Positions 9,301 through 14,919 of a DNA stretch of 14,919 bases are shown here, one piece after another. How positions within the stretch are numbered: position 1 is the first letter of the stretch; each line of letters starts with the position of its first letter. Made by a program: the position numbers and the translations under genes. Under the pieces are notes generated by a model that searched no databases, was not told the DNA's origin, and was given only the letters and a program-made list of their open reading frames with translations. Location: the NCBI GenBank assembly GCA_000388065.2, contig KB932208.1; one strand, given 5' to 3'. The stretch comes from Fonticula alba ATCC 38817 (Eukaryota; Protista; Nucleariida).

Positions 9301-10484
9301 ACTTCCAGCGGCGCCTGCGGCGGCGGCGGCGGCCGGGCGATGCCCCGACGGCCGGGGCCGCCGGCGCCGGCGCCGGGGCTCCGGTCATTGGCCCGGCCCC
9401 GGAGGCGCCGATCATGGGCCCCTCTTCGGCCGGGGGCCTGGCCCCTGAGGGGGATTACTGGGGCGATGTGCGGGTGGTGATGGCGGCGGCGGCGGCGCCG
9501 CCGCACTTTGGCCGGCCGCAGCAGGAGGCCCTCCTCCGGGAGGACCACCCCGGGCTGCATCCGCTTCTCCGGGGCACCTCCGAGGTGTTGGCCTCGCGCG
9601 AGCAGCTGGCCCGCCTGGTCAAGGGCCCCTTCGGGGTGTATTTGGCGCCGGTGCGCCACGGGGCGAGCCCCTTCTTTGCCACGGCCCTCGGCGGCCCGCC
9701 TGGGGGCGGGTCGCTCGGCCTCGATGGCGGCGAGTCCCCCATGCCGGGGGATGCCACTCCCGTGGCCGCGGCCACCCCCCGGTTTGTGGCGTACGACCCG
9801 TCCGGCTTGGTGGACATGCCCCTCGGCGGGTCGAGGCTGGATGGCGGGGAGTCCCATGGGTCGGGCCCCGGCGAAGGGCCCGACCACGCAACGCCCCTGG
9901 TGCCGGGCGATCAGGCGGCGCCTGGGCCGGGGTCGCCCGGCGGCACGCGCTCCTCCGAGGGCGGGCCCGCGGCGGCCACCGCGGAGCCGCCACTGGCCGG
10001 GGCCTTCGCCCCGCGGCCCGGGCCGTCGGGCTCCTCGCAGCTGGCGTTGGATGTCAGCCGGCGGGACTTCGACCCGGAGGGGGATCTCTTTGTCACGCGC
10101 TTCGGCAGCCAGGTTCCCCTGAAGCCCGGGCTCCCGCGCCGGCTGCTGGTCCTGGCCAATGCGCTGGCCGTGCGGGACCGGTTGATCCCGGTGCTCGGGC
10201 AGCTGGTCCAGCGGTCAAGGGCGGCCGGGTCCGGCGATTCGCAGGAGCGCCGCCGTGCCGGGGCCCCCCCGGCCGCGGCCGTGCTCAGCCTCCTGCAGCA
10301 GCTCTTCCACCGGGCCAACCACCTGGTGTGCTTGCTGCTGGCGCGGCACATTTACGACTGCCAGGTGGTTTCGTCGGTGCATCGGCTGCTGCTGGCGCCG
10401 CTGCCCAACGCCGCTGCAAGTGCCGGGGCCGGCCCCGGGGCCGCTTGGCTTGTGGCCGAGACGCCGATGACCGCCACCCCCGGG

Positions 10485-10525
<41 letters not shown>

Positions 10526-11333
10526 GCTGGACTCCTCCTGCGACAGCGCCATTCGCGGGGAGGCCATCGACTTGGTGTCGCACTTGGGCCTGGTGTGCGC
10601 CGCGGTGCAGGACATCTTCCCCTCGGGCCGGAGCCCGGCCTTGACGGCCACCGCGGCGGCGGTGGTCGGCCAGTCGGTGGCCTTCGCCCTGAATCTCCTG
10701 GCCATGGAGTGCGAACGCCTCTTCGGGGAGGAGACCTCGGCCGGGGGCCCGGCACATGCGGCCTTCCTGTCGGGATTCTTCCATTCCCTCTGCCAGCGGC
10801 ATCTCCTCCCCGGGGGCATGGTCCCGGCACGCGCGGCGTCCGAGGCCTGCCGGCAGACTCTCCGCCGGGAGGCACGCTTCATCCGTGGCGTGCTCTTCCC
10901 CAGCTCCTGGCCCGGGCCGGATGTGTTGGGCCTGGTGGCCGGGGCCCTGCAGCGGGACTTGACCGGCGCGGCCAATGCCCCGGCTGCCGGCTTGGTGGAG
11001 CTCTGCCCGGATGCCGTGTCGGCCATGGACCATCTGGATGTGGTGCTGGGCCTGCCGGTCCCGGACCTGACCCCGAGCTCCGGATCGGGGCCCGGCGTCG
11101 GGGCGGTCTCGGTGGCGGCCGGCAGCGGTGCAGGCCCGGGAGCCGACAAGACGACCTTTGCCCTGCGTCGGGCCCGGTCGACGTCGGTGGCGGCTGGCAC
11201 GGCTGCCGCGGCGGCAGCCGCCGTGGCGGCTTCTTCCTCTCCGGCCGCGCGCGAGCTCGAACCCGCCGTCCGGACCGCCGTGGCCCGAATGGCCGTCAGT
11301 TGTCGGTCGCTCCAGTTTAAGTGCTTCTCTTAG
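3245..11333 (+). CDS. SEC5: Exocyst complex component Sec5/EXOC2-like protein, predicted about 2190 aa, 7 exons
   Basis: Exons 3245..3437, 3574..4234, 4410..4453, 4539..4844, 5119..5770, 5903..7784 and 8499..11333 total 6573 nt (2191 codons). All six introns are GT-AG and all junction phases are compatible. The spliced product contains DILGI...YSFYSPSFDPELFLALLYHDQSDVALFSTLKSLENRMMLRTNDLANQVRSHIDHFMSAKRTVDRI (Sec5/Vps51-type N-terminal helix), DTIFMPLINQQLRIKQLNQALSMIDQHRIFFELPQRL (Sec5 F-x-P...F-x-LP block) and the C-terminal SLQFKCF (Sec5 proteins end in a T/xLQxxCF-like motif). The start codon and possible hidden in-frame introns in the large exons are less certain. Confidence 0.8.
4328..4389 (+). 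repeat. (TG)31 microsatellite in Sec5 intron 2
   Basis: Uninterrupted TG repeat at 4328-4389, ending 20 nt before the first base of exon 3 (acceptor CAG at 4407-4409). Confidence 0.95.
4856..4945 (+). repeat. CT-rich polypyrimidine tract in Sec5 intron 4
   Basis: CTCT/CCCT-rich run just downstream of the GTATGG donor at 4845. Confidence 0.8.
6275..6342 (+). repeat. (GGC)n repeat encoding a poly-Gly/Ser insert in the Sec5-like protein
   Basis: GGC run with AGC interruptions, translating as GGGGGGGGGGGGSGGGSGSGGGS in exon 6. Confidence 0.9.
7785..8498 (+). other. 714-nt intron 6 of the Sec5-like gene
   Basis: Phase-0 donor GTACGC at 7785 after ...SLVPD. Acceptor CAG at 8496-8498 is followed in frame by AGCGAGGCCCAG (SEAQRVLYRSVAD), joining the 8529..11333 ORF. 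Confidence 0.8.
7960..8496 (+). repeat. About 540-nt polypyrimidine/polypurine tract: (CCGTCT)n grading into (CCCTCT)n/(CT)n, with a 26-nt unit repeated three times
   Basis: Almost purely C/T on the + strand. The unit CTCTCTTTCTCCCTCCCTCCCTCTCC occurs at 8031-8056, 8057-8082 and 8083-8108. Confidence 0.95.
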
Positions 11334-11473
11334 CTCACCTCGCCGAGGAATGTCATTTCCCCTGTTAGCACATCCGAATGCCAACGCACGCCTATTAGCC
11401 GCATGGTGTCCTTTTGGTCCCTTCCGCTCTTTGGCGCCCTTCACCGGTGTGGTGCTGGTGTGTCCTCATGTCC

Positions 11474-11500
11474 GGGGGGCGGGCGGGCGGGCGGGCGGGC
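11474..11500 (+). repeat. G6C(GGGC)5 tract, with G-quadruplex and GC-box potential
   Basis: GGGGGGC followed by GGGC five times, upstream of the UPRT coding exons. Confidence 0.8.
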
Positions 11501-11540
11501 ACAAGTGTGCGGGCGTCTTCTCGGCGCTTGGGGGGGGGGG

Positions 11541-11925
11541 NNNNNNNNNNNNNNNNNNNNNNNNNNNNNNNNNNNNNNNNNNNNNNNNNNNNNNNNNNNN
11601 NNNNNNNNNNNNNNNNNNNNNNNNNNNNNNNNNNNNNNNNNNNNNNNNNNNNNNNNNNNNNNNNNNNNNNNNNNNNNNNNNNNNNNNNNNNNNNNNNNNN
11701 NNNNNNNNNNNNNNNNNNNNNNNNNNNNNNNNNNNNNNNNNNNNNNNNNNNNNNNNNNNNNNNNNNNNNNNNNNNNNNNNNNNNNNNNNNNNNNNNNNNN
11801 NNNNNNNNNNNNNNNNNNNNNNNNNNNNNNNNNNNNNNNNNNNNNNNNNNNNNNNNNNNNNNNNNNNNNNNNNNNNNNNNNNNNNNNNNNNNNNNNNNNN
11901 NNNNNNNNNNNNNNNNNNNNNNNNN
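11541..11925. other. Assembly gap (385 N)
   Basis: N run flanked by G11 on the left (11530-11540) and C7 on the right (11926-11932). Confidence 1.
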
Positions 11926-11926
11926 C

Positions 11927-12915
<989 letters not shown>

Positions 12916-13275
12916 GCATATGCACCCTCCCGCGAGAGGGTGCCCCGCACCTGCCTGCCCCCCCCCCCACGCCCGCATGTCCTGTCGGGTGGCGATATCG
13001 GGCCGCCCCGGCCGGCGTGCCAAAGCGGCCTCCACCCCTCGGCAGCGCAGCAGCAACGTGTGCCCCTTCATTCTATCTCTCTCCTCTCCCCTCCTTGCAA
13101 CAATACAGCTCATTCCCCCCATTTGGCATGGCCCTTTCGGTGGCACGCGGGGTCGCAGACTGGCCACTTGCCGAAGCAGGCCGGCCCCATGCCACAAGAT
13201 GGCCCCCTCCTACGAACAAAGAAAAGCACAAACCCATCAGGGGGGGGGGGCGGGGGGGAAACCTGGAGAAGTCTG

Positions 13276-13312
13276 GCGTGTGTGTGTGTGTGCGCGCGCG
13301 CGTGTGTGTGTG
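13276..13312. repeat. Alternating purine-pyrimidine tract (GT)n(GC)5(GT)n
   Basis: 37 nt of strict alternation, ending about 30 nt beyond the ELP4-like stop codon. Confidence 0.9.
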
Positions 13313-13343
13313 GATCTTCATGCTATTCGCCGGACAGGTCAGG

Positions 13344-14870
13344 TCACCAGGACAGATCGGATTGGCCGCTGCCGGGGCCGGATTGGCTGGTCGAGCAGCC
13401 GGCGCCGGCGCCGGGGCCGGGGCCGGCCGTTCGGCCGATGATTTCCGGAGCCCCAGCGCCGCCAGGCAGAGCCGGAGCCTCGCGGGCCCGCTCAACCAGA
13501 GCCCGGCGCCGGGAGAGACGCATGGTCCAAAGGCCGACCCCGGCGCCGGGGGTTCGTTCCAGGGTCCCGGCCGTGGTGCTCAGCGTGGTTGTCAGGAGCC
13601 AGGCGCGGGAGCCATGCCCCGGGGCCGGGTGCAGGGGCGACCCGGCGGGCAGAGTGACCAGGCGAATGCCACGACCGCAAGCGCGTCGAGCCGCGACCAG
13701 CGCCGCCTCCGCTGCATCGTCATCATCGAAGTCCGCGTCGCCGGCTGCGTGGGCCCCCTCGCCCAGCCATGCGGGCAGGGTGACGGTTAGCAGGACGAGC
13801 GCTCGCCGGGCCAGAGCACGCAAGCGCCACAGGAAGGCCGCCACCTCGGTGGCCTGCATGGGTGGGAGGCGGGGGGCGGGGGGCGGGGGGGCGGGGGGCG
13901 GGGAGTCAACTTATGGAGAGGAGGCAATAGGGACAGGCAGACGATCCCGGCAAAGCAGAGGGGGAGAGACCGCGAGGGGCAAAAGGGAGGGAGGTCCGTA
14001 CGTCGGCCGCCCGAGAGGCTCCCCCGCAGAAGGGGGCCAGATCGATCCACATGCGGAGGACCTGCAACCGGTCGATGGCACCGTGCTCCTTCATTTGTGT
14101 TTGGAATCTGCGATTCGAGGATGCCGGCGAGAGTCAGAGGCACGGGCAGCCAGGCGAGCAGGGGTCCCCGCGATGGGGGGGGCCGGGAGAAGGGCCAGGA
14201 GGAGGTGATATCACGCACTCGAATTGCCGCAGGATGGTCGCGCACCAGGCCAGCAGATCGCCCAGGTCGCCCCCGGGCGGCGAGGGGCCGGCCGGCTTGG
14301 GAGGGGGGCTGCTCGGGACAAAGAGCGACGAGTCGTCACCCTCGGCATCGGGAGCCAGGTGGAAGGATCGCGCTGCCCCACCAGCGGCGCCACCCTCAAA
14401 GGCAAAGACATTGGCACATGCGCGCAGATCGGCCCGCTCAATGCGGCTTTGGAAGTTCACCTCCAGGACCCCGGCTCCCGGGAGGGCCTGGGCGTCCGAC
14501 ACCTGGGGGTCTCCCCGCTGGCCGCGATAGCGCCAGGCAATCTTGAGGCTGGCGTCGTCGGCGGCCGCCGCCGCGCTGGCTGCCCCGGCCGCCGCGGCAT
14601 CGGGAGTCGGGTCGTATGTGGTGGGCAGTGAGGCAAGGGTGGCGCGTGCCCCGGCCCCGGCGAAGGCCAGCGCATGTCGATCGGGGATGCCACGTGCCAG
14701 CAGGCCGCGCGCCAGCAGCCCGGCCGCCGCCTCCGGGCCGGACTGGACTTCCGGCCCGGCATGCGTGTGGCCCGGCTCCGAGGGGGGAAGGGCCCCGGAC
14801 TCGCCGCCAGCCTCAAACAGGAGGATGGCCCCGAGCGGCAGGCCCCCCTCAAGACCATCGCTCAGGAGAT
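13344..14870 (-). CDS. ELP4: Elongator complex protein 4 (ELP4/PAXNEB)-like, 5'-partial, about 421 aa visible
   Basis: Exons complement(14219..14870, 14002..14107, 13344..13853), with introns 14108-14218 (GTGCGT..CAG) and 13854-14001 (GTACGG..CAG). A further acceptor (CTGAC...CAG) ends at 14871. The spliced product has LLSDGLEGGLPLGAILLFE (ELP4 GGGLPLGSxLLxEE), the signature LKIAWRY (14527-14547), AAFLWRLRALARRALVLLTVTLP (FLxxLRxLxR...TxP) and LWTMRLSRRRALVE (F-x-L-K-R-K-x-F-x-IE equivalent). Confidence 0.8.
13861..13903. repeat. G-run array on + strand (C-rich tract of ELP4 intron in sense orientation)
   Basis: Several runs of 4-7 G separated by single C; G-quadruplex-capable on the template strand. 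Confidence 0.8.
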
Positions 14871-14919
14871 CTGGCCGGGAGAAGGGGAGTCAGGAGGGGC
14901 GGGGGCGGGGGCGGGGGCG

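Noticed and set aside
8540-11444. Several long overlapping ORFs (for example 10215..11444 -, 10328..11320 +, 8719..9252 -)
   Set aside because: Arg/Gly/Pro-rich alternative-frame or antisense shadows of Sec5 exon 7.

Overview
Very GC-rich eukaryotic genomic DNA with spliceosomal GT-AG introns, many microsatellites and one 385-nt assembly gap (11541-11925). The gene content and style suggest a GC-rich unicellular opisthokont, possibly Fonticula-like; this is inference only. Five genes can be reconstructed by hand. (1) An intronless His/Gln-rich protein (524-1534, +) with an NLS-like motif and a C-terminal helix resembling the FAM104/VCF1 p97-binding motif. (2) A two-exon SSSCA1/ZNRD2 zinc-ribbon gene (1720-2383, -). 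(3) A seven-exon exocyst Sec5/EXOC2-like gene (3245-11333, +) predicted at about 2190 aa, more than twice the usual size, with an N-terminal Cys4 motif. (4) A uracil phosphoribosyltransferase whose 5' end is lost in or before the gap (about 11966-12915, +). (5) A divergent Elongator ELP4-like gene running off the right edge (13344->14870, -). Most long ORFs in the supplied track are shadow or repeat-derived ORFs. No mobile element, CRISPR array or RNA gene is supported. All family assignments come from motifs recalled from memory, not from database searches.
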